A stretch of DNA of 38,758 bases. It comes from a virus. Its lineage: Duplodnaviria > Heunggongvirae > Uroviricota > Caudoviricetes. The notes under the pieces were generated by a model. The model was given only the letters and a program-made list of their open reading frames with translations, was not told where the DNA came from and ran no database searches. Below, piece after piece: positions 16,834 through 24,831 of this stretch (position 1 is the first letter of the stretch; every line of letters begins with the position of its first letter). Location of the stretch: IMG/VR virus record IMGVR_UViG_2541047683_000001. One strand, given 5' to 3'. A program made the translations under genes and the position numbers.

Positions 16834-16849
16834 TGGAGCACAAAACCTG

Positions 16850-17908
16850 ATGAAGAAGAATACCCGCTTTGCTTTTAACGCTTACCTGCAGCAACTGGCG
16901 CGTCTGAACGGTGTGGCAGTTGAAGAACTGTCCAGCAAGTTCACCGTAGAGCCGTCCGTGCAGCAGACATTGGAAGACCAGATCCAGCAATCCGCCGCTT
17001 TCCTGACGCTGATTAACGTCACGCCAGTGACTGAGCAGTCCGGTCAGCTGCTGGGGTTGGGAGTTGGCAGCACCATTGCCGGAACCACTGATACCACCGC
17101 GAAAGAGCGTGAACCTGTCGATCCGACGCTGATGGTCGATGTGGAATATAAATGCGAGCAGACCAACTTTGACACGGTACTGACCTACGCGAAGCTGGAC
17201 CTGTGGGCGAAGTTTCAGGATTTTCAGGTGCGTATCCGTGACGCCATCGTGAAACGTCAGGCACTGGACCGCATCATGATCGGCTTTAACGGCGTGAAGC
17301 GTGCGAAAACCTCCAACCGTAGCGAAAACCCGTTACTGCAGGATGTGAATAAAGGCTGGCTGCAGAAAATCCGTGAGGATGCACCGGATCACGTCATGGG
17401 CAGCACCACCACGGGCGGTGAAACCACACCGGGTGCGGTGAAAGTCGGGAAAGGTGGTGAATATGCCAACCTGGACGCCGTGGTGATGGATGCCGTTAAT
17501 GAGCTTATCGACGTGGTCTATCAGGACGATGACGATCTGGTGGTGATTTGCGGTCGTGAACTGCTGTCTGACAAGTATTTCCCGCTGGTCAACAAAGAGC
17601 AGGAAAACAGTGAAAAACTGGCTGCCGATATGATCATCAGTCAGAAACGCATGGGTGGCCTGCAGGCCGTGCGTGCGCCGTTCTTCCCGCCGAATGCGCT
17701 GCTGATCACCCGTCTGGATAACCTGTCCATCTACTGGCAGGAAGACACCCGCCGCCGTTCAGTTATCGACAACCCGAAACGTGACCGGATTGAAAACTTT
17801 GAATCCGTTAACGAAGCCTATGTGGTTGAGGACTACCGCTGCGCCGCACTGGTGGAAAACATCCAGATTGGTGATTTCAGCGCCGCCGCAGCCGAAACCG
17901 GAGCGTAA
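16850..17908 (+). CDS. N: major capsid protein (P2 gpN-like)
   Basis: TRFAFNAYL...KFTVEPSV N-terminus and overall P2 gpN-like sequence. Confidence 0.95.
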   Translation: MKKNTRFAFNAYLQQLARLNGVAVEELSSKFTVEPSVQQTLEDQIQQSAAFLTLINVTPVTEQSGQLLGLGVGSTIAGTTDTTAKEREPVDPTLMVDVEYKCEQTNFDTVLTYAKLDLWAKFQDFQVRIRDAIVKRQALDRIMIGFNGVKRAKTSNRSENPLLQDVNKGWLQKIREDAPDHVMGSTTTGGETTPGAVKVGKGGEYANLDAVVMDAVNELIDVVYQDDDDLVVICGRELLSDKYFPLVNKEQENSEKLAADMIISQKRMGGLQAVRAPFFPPNALLITRLDNLSIYWQEDTRRRSVIDNPKRDRIENFESVNEAYVVEDYRCAALVENIQIGDFSAAAAETGA

Positions 17909-17911
17909 TCC

Positions 17912-18562
17912 ATGAGCCTGAGTCCCGCACGGCAGCATCGCCTGCGCGTTCAGGCTGAACAGGCCGCCCGCGAGGGCGGCAGTGTTCGCCACGCATCGGG
18001 CTATGACCTGATGCTGCTGCAACTGGCGGAAGACCGCCGCCGTCTCAAGGGCGTTCAGTCCACGGTCAAAAAAGCGGAAATCAAGGTGGAGCTGCTGCCG
18101 AAGTACGCCGCCTGGGCAGAGGGTGTCCTGGCTGCCGGAGGCGCTCAACAGGATGACGTGCTGATGTACGTGATGCTGTGGCGCATTGATGCCGGAGATT
18201 ATGCCGGAGCGCTGGAGATCGGGCGTCATGCCCTGCGTCATGGCTGGGTGATGCCGCTGGGTAACCGCAACGTGCAGACCGTGCTGGCAGAGGAAATGGC
18301 AGACGCCGCGCAGAGCGCAATGCTTGCCACCACCGGCTTTGATGCCGATCTGTTGCTGCAGACGCTGGAGCTGACAGACGGTCTGGATATGCCGGACCAG
18401 TCACGGGCGCGTCTGCATAAAGCGATTGGCGCGGTCCTGAGTGAAAGCAATCCGGCGTCTGCCCTTAATCATCTCAACCATGCGTTACAGCTCGATCCCC
18501 GCTGTGGCGTGAAAAAAGACAAACAGCAGCTGGAGCGCAGACTGCGCAATGACAGCCGCTGA
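17912..18562 (+). CDS. M: terminase small/endonuclease subunit (P2 gpM-like)
   Basis: LMYVMLWRIDAGDYAGALEI and LELTDGLDMPD conserved blocks. Confidence 0.9.
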   Translation: MSLSPARQHRLRVQAEQAAREGGSVRHASGYDLMLLQLAEDRRRLKGVQSTVKKAEIKVELLPKYAAWAEGVLAAGGAQQDDVLMYVMLWRIDAGDYAGALEIGRHALRHGWVMPLGNRNVQTVLAEEMADAAQSAMLATTGFDADLLLQTLELTDGLDMPDQSRARLHKAIGAVLSESNPASALNHLNHALQLDPRCGVKKDKQQLERRLRNDSR

Positions 18563-18657
18563 CAGAACGTGCCCCCGCGCACGGGCGGCACGGGGTGGCG
18601 AAAGGCACTGCCACATCAAAACCCCGTCCACCGCCCTCTATTTCAGGAGAAAGCAGC

Positions 18658-19122
18658 ATGAAGTTTGTTGCGCCAGAACAGGCACCGGAACAGGCGGAAA
18701 TCATCAGAAATACGCCGTTCTGGCCTGATGTGGACCTGTCGGAGTTTCGCAGTGTCATGCGCACTGACGGCACGGTGACGCAGCCGCGTTTAAAGCAGGT
18801 TGCGCTGTCGGCAATTTCGGAGGTCAACGCAGAGCTGTATGAGTTTCGCAGACGCCAGCAGATGCTGGGGTATGCCTCGCTGGCAGAGGTTCCGGCGGAA
18901 CAGCTGGACGGCAAAAGTGAGCGCATTCAGCACTATTTCAACGCGGTTTACTGCTGGGCACGCGCCATGCTCAACGAACGTTACCAGGACTATGACGCCA
19001 CGGCATCCGGTGTGAAGCGGGGCGAGGAACTGGCAGAAGCCAGCGGTGATTTATGGCGTGACGCCCGCTGGGCCATCAGCCGGGTACAGGACGCGCCGCA
19101 CTGCACAGTGGAGCTTATCTGA
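18658..19122 (+). CDS. L: head completion protein (P2 gpL-like)
   Basis: ATG 18658 with GGAGAAAG RBS (track ORF 18595 has an RBS-less extension); position after M. Confidence 0.85.
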   Translation: MKFVAPEQAPEQAEIIRNTPFWPDVDLSEFRSVMRTDGTVTQPRLKQVALSAISEVNAELYEFRRRQQMLGYASLAEVPAEQLDGKSERIQHYFNAVYCWARAMLNERYQDYDATASGVKRGEELAEASGDLWRDARWAISRVQDAPHCTVELI

Positions 19123-19325
19123 TGAAAGTGCGTGCGCATCAGTATGACACGGTGGACGCGCTTTGCTGGCGTCATTACGGGCGCACGCAGGGTGTCACGG
19201 AGCAGGTACTGAAGGCAAATCCGGGGCTTGCCGAATATGGCCCCTTTTTACCTCACGGGCTGCAGGTGGAGCTGCCGGACATTCCGACAACCACCACCGT
19301 GCAGACCGTCCAGCTATGGGACTGA
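19122..19325 (+). CDS. X: tail protein X (LysM-like)
   Basis: 67 aa MKVRAHQYDTVDALCWRHYG..., gpX family; TGATG overlap with L. Confidence 0.85.
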   Translation: MKVRAHQYDTVDALCWRHYGRTQGVTEQVLKANPGLAEYGPFLPHGLQVELPDIPTTTTVQTVQLWD

Positions 19326-19328
19326 ATT

Positions 19329-19544
19329 ATGACGCTTGAGCGAATCAGCGCCTTTATCACGTATTGCATCGCCGTCGTGCTGGCCTGGCTGGGCGATTTG
19401 TCCATCAAGGATGCCTCAACGCTGGGCGGCCTGATGATCGGTGTGCTGATGCTGGCTATCAACTGGTACTACAAACACAAAGCCTACCAGCTTCTGCGCG
19501 ACGGGCAGATCACGCGGGAGGACTATGAATCCATCAATCGTTAA
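19329..19544 (+). CDS. holin (possible pinholin)
   Basis: 71 aa with two hydrophobic helices and charged C-terminus, directly upstream of endolysin. Confidence 0.7.
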   Translation: MTLERISAFITYCIAVVLAWLGDLSIKDASTLGGLMIGVLMLAINWYYKHKAYQLLRDGQITREDYESINR

Positions 19545-20040
19545 ACGCTGCCTTGTAGGGGCCGTGCTGGCTATTGCTGCCACGCTGCCGGGTTTTCAGC
19601 AGCTTCACACCTCCGTGGAGGGGCTGAAACTGATTGCCGATTACGAAGGTTGTCGTCTGCAGCCGTATCAGTGTAGCGCGGGTGTCTGGACCGACGGCAT
19701 TGGTAATACATCGGGCGTCATTCCCGGCAAAACAATCACGGAACGACAGGCAGCAGAAGGGCTGATCTCCAACGTGCTGCGTGTGGAGCGGGCGCTGGAA
19801 AGGTGTGTGAAGCAACAGCCGCCGCAGAAGGTGTATGACGCGGTGGTGTCGTTTGCCTTCAACGTGGGTACGGGCAATGCCTGCAGTTCCACGCTGGTGA
19901 AATTGCTCAATCAGCGCCGCTGGGCGGATGCGTGCCGACAGTTGCCGCGCTGGGTGTATGTAAAAGGTGTGTTTAATCAGGGGCTGGATAACCGCCGTGC
20001 GCGGGAGATGGCCTGGTGCCTTAAAGGAGCTGGACTATGA
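19525..20040 (+). CDS. SAR endolysin (GH24 lysozyme, phage 21 R-like)
   Basis: N-terminal signal-anchor-release segment CLVGAVLAIAATLPG, catalytic YEG...D...T region, C-terminal ACRQLPRWVY block. Confidence 0.85.
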   Translation: MNPSIVKRCLVGAVLAIAATLPGFQQLHTSVEGLKLIADYEGCRLQPYQCSAGVWTDGIGNTSGVIPGKTITERQAAEGLISNVLRVERALERCVKQQPPQKVYDAVVSFAFNVGTGNACSSTLVKLLNQRRWADACRQLPRWVYVKGVFNQGLDNRRAREMAWCLKGAGL

Positions 20041-20465
20041 CGCGTGCGTTGGCAGTAGTGGTGGCGCTGGCACTCGTTGCGCTGGGCTGGCAGTCGTGGC
20101 GGCTTAACAGCGCCAGCCACACCATCGAAACGCAGCGCGCGGCGCTGAAAAGTAAAGCGCAAGAACTGACGAAGAAAAACAGCCAGCTGATCGGTCTGTC
20201 CATTCTGGCTGAAACCAACAACCGGGAGCAGGCGCGGCTCTACGCCGAAGCAGAACAGACCAGCGCACTGCTGAGACAACGACAACGCCGGATTGAGGAA
20301 CTGAAACGTGAGAACGAGGATTTACGCCGCTGGGCTGATACTCCTTTGCCTGCTGACATTATCCGGCTGCGGGAACGTCCGGAACTCACCGGAGGTGCAG
20401 CTTACCGTCAGTGGTTGTCCGCGAGTGACGCCGTGTCGGCTGGATCAGGCAGCGCCGCGCACTAA
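20037..20465 (+). CDS. i-spanin (Rz/LysB-like)
   Basis: N-terminal transmembrane helix, coiled-coil middle, C-terminal WADTPLPADIIRL. Confidence 0.75.
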   Translation: MTRALAVVVALALVALGWQSWRLNSASHTIETQRAALKSKAQELTKKNSQLIGLSILAETNNREQARLYAEAEQTSALLRQRQRRIEELKRENEDLRRWADTPLPADIIRLRERPELTGGAAYRQWLSASDAVSAGSGSAAH

Positions 20466-20598
20466 CGGTGATCTGAACGCATTGCTGGATGAAACGGAGG
20501 CCGCCTGGGCGGTCTGTGCAGACAAAGTGGACATGATTATTGCGTGTCAGGAGCGAAACAGTGAACAAACCACAATCCCTGCGCCACGCCCTAAATAA
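20308..20598 (+). CDS. o-spanin (Rz1/LysC-like lipoprotein) in +1 frame within and beyond the i-spanin gene
   Basis: GTG start with GAGGAA RBS; lipobox LTLSGC; proline-rich mature part. Confidence 0.7.
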   Translation: MRTRIYAAGLILLCLLTLSGCGNVRNSPEVQLTVSGCPRVTPCRLDQAAPRTNGDLNALLDETEAAWAVCADKVDMIIACQERNSEQTTIPAPRPK

Positions 20599-20992
20599 AG
20601 CAGTGCCTTATGTCCGCAATAACCCGGACAAACTGCATCTGTTTGTGGATAACGGTTCGCTGGTTGCCACGGGGGCCAGCTCCATGTCATGGGAGTACCG
20701 TTATACCCTCAACGTGGTGATTGAGGATTTCAGCGGCGACCAGAATCTGCTGATGGCCCCGGTTTTGCTGTGGCTGCGTGATAACCAGCCCGATGCCATC
20801 AATAACCCGGCGTTACGGGAAAAACTATTCACCTTTGAGGTGGATATTTTGCGCAACGATGTCTGTGATATCAGCCTTAACCTGCAACTGACGGAGCGTG
20901 TGCTGGTCAGTACTGACGGCAGTGTGTCGAGTGTTGAAGCTGTAGCGGAACCCGATGAACCTGAAGAAATGTGGACGGTGAAACGTGGCTGA
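20561..20992 (+). CDS. R: tail completion protein (P2 gpR-like)
   Basis: GTG 20561 with AGGAG 8 nt upstream gives MNKPQSLRHAL matching the gpR N-terminus; conserved FVDNGS...RYTLNVV. Confidence 0.85.
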   Translation: MNKPQSLRHALNKAVPYVRNNPDKLHLFVDNGSLVATGASSMSWEYRYTLNVVIEDFSGDQNLLMAPVLLWLRDNQPDAINNPALREKLFTFEVDILRNDVCDISLNLQLTERVLVSTDGSVSSVEAVAEPDEPEEMWTVKRG

Positions 20993-21428
20993 ACTGCAGA
21001 AGGTGGACGACTGGCTGAGTGCTTTGTTGGCGAATCTGGAACCAGCCGCAAGAAGCCGCATGATGCGGCAGCTGGCGCAGGAACTGCGTCGGACACAGCA
21101 GCAGAATATCAGAATGCAGCGCAATCCAGATGGCAGCAGTTATGAACCTCGACGGGTAACAGCACGCAGTAAAAAGGGGCGCATCAAACGTCAGATGTTT
21201 GCAAAGCTGCGCACCACAAAATACCTGAAAACTGCCGCCAGCGCCGACTCTGCCAGCGTACAGTTTGAAGGTAAGGTGCAGCGTATTGCCCGTGTTCACC
21301 ATTACGGCCTGCGTGATCGCGTCAGTCATAAAGGGCCGGAGGTCCGTTACGCAGAGCGTCGCCTTCTGGGTGTGAATAATGAGGTGGAAACAGTCACTCG
21401 TGACACCCTTATGCGCTGGCTGGGTTAG
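20985..21428 (+). CDS. S: tail completion protein (P2 gpS-like)
   Basis: 147-aa ORF following R, GTG start; gpS-like. Confidence 0.85.
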   Translation: MAELQKVDDWLSALLANLEPAARSRMMRQLAQELRRTQQQNIRMQRNPDGSSYEPRRVTARSKKGRIKRQMFAKLRTTKYLKTAASADSASVQFEGKVQRIARVHHYGLRDRVSHKGPEVRYAERRLLGVNNEVETVTRDTLMRWLG

Positions 21429-22330
21429 AGACTAATTTCTAACTCAGTCAATCTATTTCTTGCGTTATCGAGGTTAATCTCATCATGGATTGCTTTTCCT
21501 GCCCCGTCAGCAGAAGGGTATATGCTAGCCGCACTGAACCCTGCTTTATTAAGAAGCTGGTAAGCATTGTATACTTCTTTTATGGGGAGTGTGTATTTAA
21601 AGAATACCGGGTGCGGGAAATCCCCAGAAAGCTCCTCTAGGCTATGAATTGTAGCTGTCCGTCCTCGTCCGCCAGTATGTGGATGAACGCTAAAAAGCCC
21701 AAATTGCGCCGCTAAGTGCGGACTGATAGAACCTGCTGTTGAATGCAATTTTATTTGTGGGTGAAGATTTATAAACTCTTTATTAAAGGCCCATATGGCT
21801 AATTTACTGGATGCATTCCAGTTTTTATAATTAGCAATGCAGGAGCTAACTGCAAAGTAAATCGCTATGTAAGGGATTCGAGTCCAATCTAACAATCTTG
21901 TTGGCACGCCATGATGCTGTGCGAGAGCCATTAAGTCGAAAACTTCTGGATTTGGCCAAGATGATGGATTTATAAGCCAATAATCTTGATTATTTATATC
22001 TAAATGCAATCTGCGGAAGTCAGGGCTATTACCGGGGATACGGACACCTACTCTGTCACAGTGATGCACAAAAGACATTAATGTTATTATCTCGCTTGCA
22101 ACAATGTCATCCGACGTAGGTGATGTTCTTCTTGTTAAATATTGCGGTGGATTACGAAGTGCTGATGGGATCAAGCTCCAGTTGGCATCACCTTGCCCTC
22201 TATAAATAATATTATCTTTACAGTTTGGGTCTATCTTTTGTGTCGGTGATAGAGCATCCCAAAGTTCAGCTGCATTGTTAAATTCGCGTAGTGAAAAAGT
22301 CGGGTATTTACGTTCGCTCATTATTTTCAT
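21425..22330 (-). CDS. FRG-domain-like protein inserted antisense between S and V (candidate defence cargo)
   Basis: Track ORF 21425..22366 starts at GTG; first ATG at 22330; motif IIYRGQGDANWSLIPSALR resembles the FRG-domain signature; stop codon overlaps S stop; no clear RBS. Confidence 0.6.
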   Translation of the reverse strand: MKIMSERKYPTFSLREFNNAAELWDALSPTQKIDPNCKDNIIYRGQGDANWSLIPSALRNPPQYLTRRTSPTSDDIVASEIITLMSFVHHCDRVGVRIPGNSPDFRRLHLDINNQDYWLINPSSWPNPEVFDLMALAQHHGVPTRLLDWTRIPYIAIYFAVSSCIANYKNWNASSKLAIWAFNKEFINLHPQIKLHSTAGSISPHLAAQFGLFSVHPHTGGRGRTATIHSLEELSGDFPHPVFFKYTLPIKEVYNAYQLLNKAGFSAASIYPSADGAGKAIHDEINLDNARNRLTELEISL

Positions 22331-22339
22331 TTGTAGTTT

Positions 22340-22357
22340 TGTGTGGATAACCACACA
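22340..22357. promoter_or_regulatory. Ogr-type late activator site TGTGTGGATAACCACACA upstream of V
   Basis: Near-perfect palindromic TGT-N12-ACA about 50 bp upstream of the V ATG; overlaps the GTG-extended 5' end of the antisense FRG-like ORF. Confidence 0.5.
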
Positions 22358-22403
22358 AGTTAGCACACTGCATATTAAAAGTGACCAATGGCACTCTTAT
22401 GCC

Positions 22404-22982
22404 ATGAACGCACAACTCACAGAAATCATGCGCCTTATCACCAACCTGATCCGCACAGGTGTAGTCACCAAAGTGGACCGGGAGAACTGGCTTTGCCGGG
22501 TGAAAACGGGCGACCTTGAAACCAACTGGATCAGCTGGCTGACGCTGCGTGCCGGGAATGCCCGCACATGGTGGCGACCATCGGAAGGTGAGCAGGTGGT
22601 GCTGCTGAGTCTGGGCGGCAATCTGGAAACCGCCTTTGCGTTACCCGCCATCTATTCGAATCAGTTCGCGCCACCGTCGACGTCGGCGGACGCCTGCGTG
22701 ACAGAACATCCTGACGGTGGCTGGTTTGAATACGAACCCGCCACCGGGCGCTGGTTTGTCAGGGGCATCAAATCAATGGTCATTGAGACCGCTGACAATA
22801 TCACCCTGAAAACCAGTGAGTTTGTGCTGGAGGCTGACCGCACGCGTATTAACAGCGAAGTGGTGATCAATGGTGGCGTTACCCAGAGCGGCGGTGCGAT
22901 GAGTTCTAACGGGATCGTGGTTGATGCGCATCAGCATACTGGCGTCCTGAAAGGCGGCGATACAACCGGAGGCCCGGTATGA
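22404..22982 (+). CDS. V: baseplate spike protein (P2 gpV-like)
   Basis: ATG 22404; NWISWLTLRAG...RTWW.PS.GEQVV.LS conserved gpV block. Confidence 0.9.
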   Translation: MNAQLTEIMRLITNLIRTGVVTKVDRENWLCRVKTGDLETNWISWLTLRAGNARTWWRPSEGEQVVLLSLGGNLETAFALPAIYSNQFAPPSTSADACVTEHPDGGWFEYEPATGRWFVRGIKSMVIETADNITLKTSEFVLEADRTRINSEVVINGGVTQSGGAMSSNGIVVDAHQHTGVLKGGDTTGGPV

Positions 22983-23338
22983 CGCTTTATATCGGGATGA
23001 ACAATACCAGCGGTAAAGCCATTACTGATATTGACCATCTGCGCCAGTCGGTGCGGGACATTCTGCTGACACCGCAGGGTAGCCGTATTGCCCGTCGGGA
23101 ATATGGATCTCTGCTGTCGGCTTTAATAGATCAGCCACAAAATCCGGCATTACGCCTGCAGGTCATGTCGGCAGTGTATGTGGCGCTGAGTCGCTGGGAG
23201 CCACGGCTGATGCTGGATTCCATCACCATCAACAGCCATTTTGACGGTTCAATGGTGGTGGGGCTGATCGGGCGGCGTAATAACGGTGTGCCTGTTTCCC
23301 TTTCCGTATCAACAGGAGCAGAGAATGGCAGTGATTGA
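22979..23338 (+). CDS. W: baseplate protein (P2 gpW-like)
   Basis: GMN...DIDHLRQSVRDILLTP.GSR..RR.YGSLL conserved gpW block. Confidence 0.9.
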   Translation: MTLYIGMNNTSGKAITDIDHLRQSVRDILLTPQGSRIARREYGSLLSALIDQPQNPALRLQVMSAVYVALSRWEPRLMLDSITINSHFDGSMVVGLIGRRNNGVPVSLSVSTGAENGSD

Positions 23339-24233
23339 CCTTTCGCAGTTGCCTGCGCCGCAGATTGTCGATGTGCTGGACTTTGAGACGCTGCTTGCCG
23401 AACGCAAGGCAGAATTTGTGGCGCTTCATCCGAAAGATGAGCAGGAAGCAGTGATCCGCACGCTGGAACTGGAATCTGAACCCGTCACCAAATTGTTGCA
23501 GGAGAACGCTTACCGTGAGTTGCTTCTGCGCCAGCGCATTAACGAAGCCGCGCAGGCGGTAATGGTGGCTTACGCGATGGGCGGCGATCTTGACCAGATC
23601 GCTGCCAACTACAACGTGAAACGCCTGACGGTGACGCCTGCTGATAATGACGCTGTGCCGCCCGTTGCAGCAGTGATGGAAAGCGATGAAGCGTTACGCC
23701 TGCGTGTGCCTGCAGCCTTTGAGGGGCTTTCAGTTGCGGGACCAACTGCCGCTTATGAATTTCATGCCCGAAGCGCCGACGGTCGGGTGGCGGATGCCAG
23801 TGCAACCAGTCCGGCACCTGCAGAGGTGGTGCTGACAGTCCTTAGCCGCGAAGGCGACGGAACAGCAGAAAAAGACCTGCTGGATGTGGTGGAGAAAGCA
23901 CTGAACAGTGAGAATGTCCGCCCGGTGGCTGACCGTCTGACGGTTCGCAGCGCGGAAATCATCCCGTACCGCGTGGAAGCCACCATTTTTCTCTATCCGG
24001 GACCGGAAGCAGAGCCGGTAATGGCAGCGGCAAAAGCCAGCCTGCAGAAGTACATCGCCAGTCAGACGCGTCTTGGTCGGGATATTCGCCGTAGCGCCAT
24101 CTTTGCCGCCCTGCATGTTGAGGGTGTGCAGCGTGTGGAGCTGGCTTCTCCTCTGGCGGATGTGGTCCTGAACAAAACACAGGCGGCATCATGTACGCAG
24201 TGGAGCGTAACCAACGGAGGAACGGATGAATAG
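23325..24233 (+). CDS. J: baseplate protein (P2 gpJ-like)
   Basis: ATG 23325 with AGGAG RBS; 302 aa as P2 gpJ. Confidence 0.9.
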   Translation: MAVIDLSQLPAPQIVDVLDFETLLAERKAEFVALHPKDEQEAVIRTLELESEPVTKLLQENAYRELLLRQRINEAAQAVMVAYAMGGDLDQIAANYNVKRLTVTPADNDAVPPVAAVMESDEALRLRVPAAFEGLSVAGPTAAYEFHARSADGRVADASATSPAPAEVVLTVLSREGDGTAEKDLLDVVEKALNSENVRPVADRLTVRSAEIIPYRVEATIFLYPGPEAEPVMAAAKASLQKYIASQTRLGRDIRRSAIFAALHVEGVQRVELASPLADVVLNKTQAASCTQWSVTNGGTDE

Positions 24234-24831
24234 TCTGCTGCCACCGGGTTCAACACCACTGGAGCGCCGACTGGCGCAAGCGTGCAGCGGGATTTCTGAT
24301 TTGCAGGTGCCGCTGCGTGACCTGTGGGATCCGACGACCTGTCCGGTCAGTTTCCTGCCTTATCTCGCCTGGGCGTTCTCTGTGGATCGCTGGGATGAGG
24401 GCTGGACTGAAAGCGTCAAGCGCCAGGTGGTGAAGGATGCTTTTTATATTCATCAGCATAAAGGGACCACCAGTGCCGTGCGTCGGGTGGTGGAGCCGTT
24501 CGGCTTTCTGATCCGCATTATTGAGTGGTGGCAGACCGGAGAGACACCGGGCACGTTTCGTCTGGATATCGGCGTGCAGGACCAGGGCATCACTGAAGAT
24601 ACCTATCTGGAACTTGAGCGACTGATAAGCGATGCCAAACCATGTAGCCGTCACATGATCGGCATGTCCATCAACCTGCAGACCAGCGGCCCGCATTGGG
24701 TGGGAGTCGCCAGCTATCTTGGCGAAGAAATCACGATCTATCCGTATATCAACGAAACGATTATTTCCGGTGGCACCGCGCATGAAGGCGGGGCGGTCCA
24801 TGTTATTGACACAATGAGAGTGAATCCATGA
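24226..24831 (+). CDS. I: baseplate/tail fibre attachment protein (P2 gpI-like)
   Basis: 201-aa ORF between J and H, overlapping both. Confidence 0.85.
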   Translation: MNSLLPPGSTPLERRLAQACSGISDLQVPLRDLWDPTTCPVSFLPYLAWAFSVDRWDEGWTESVKRQVVKDAFYIHQHKGTTSAVRRVVEPFGFLIRIIEWWQTGETPGTFRLDIGVQDQGITEDTYLELERLISDAKPCSRHMIGMSINLQTSGPHWVGVASYLGEEITIYPYINETIISGGTAHEGGAVHVIDTMRVNP

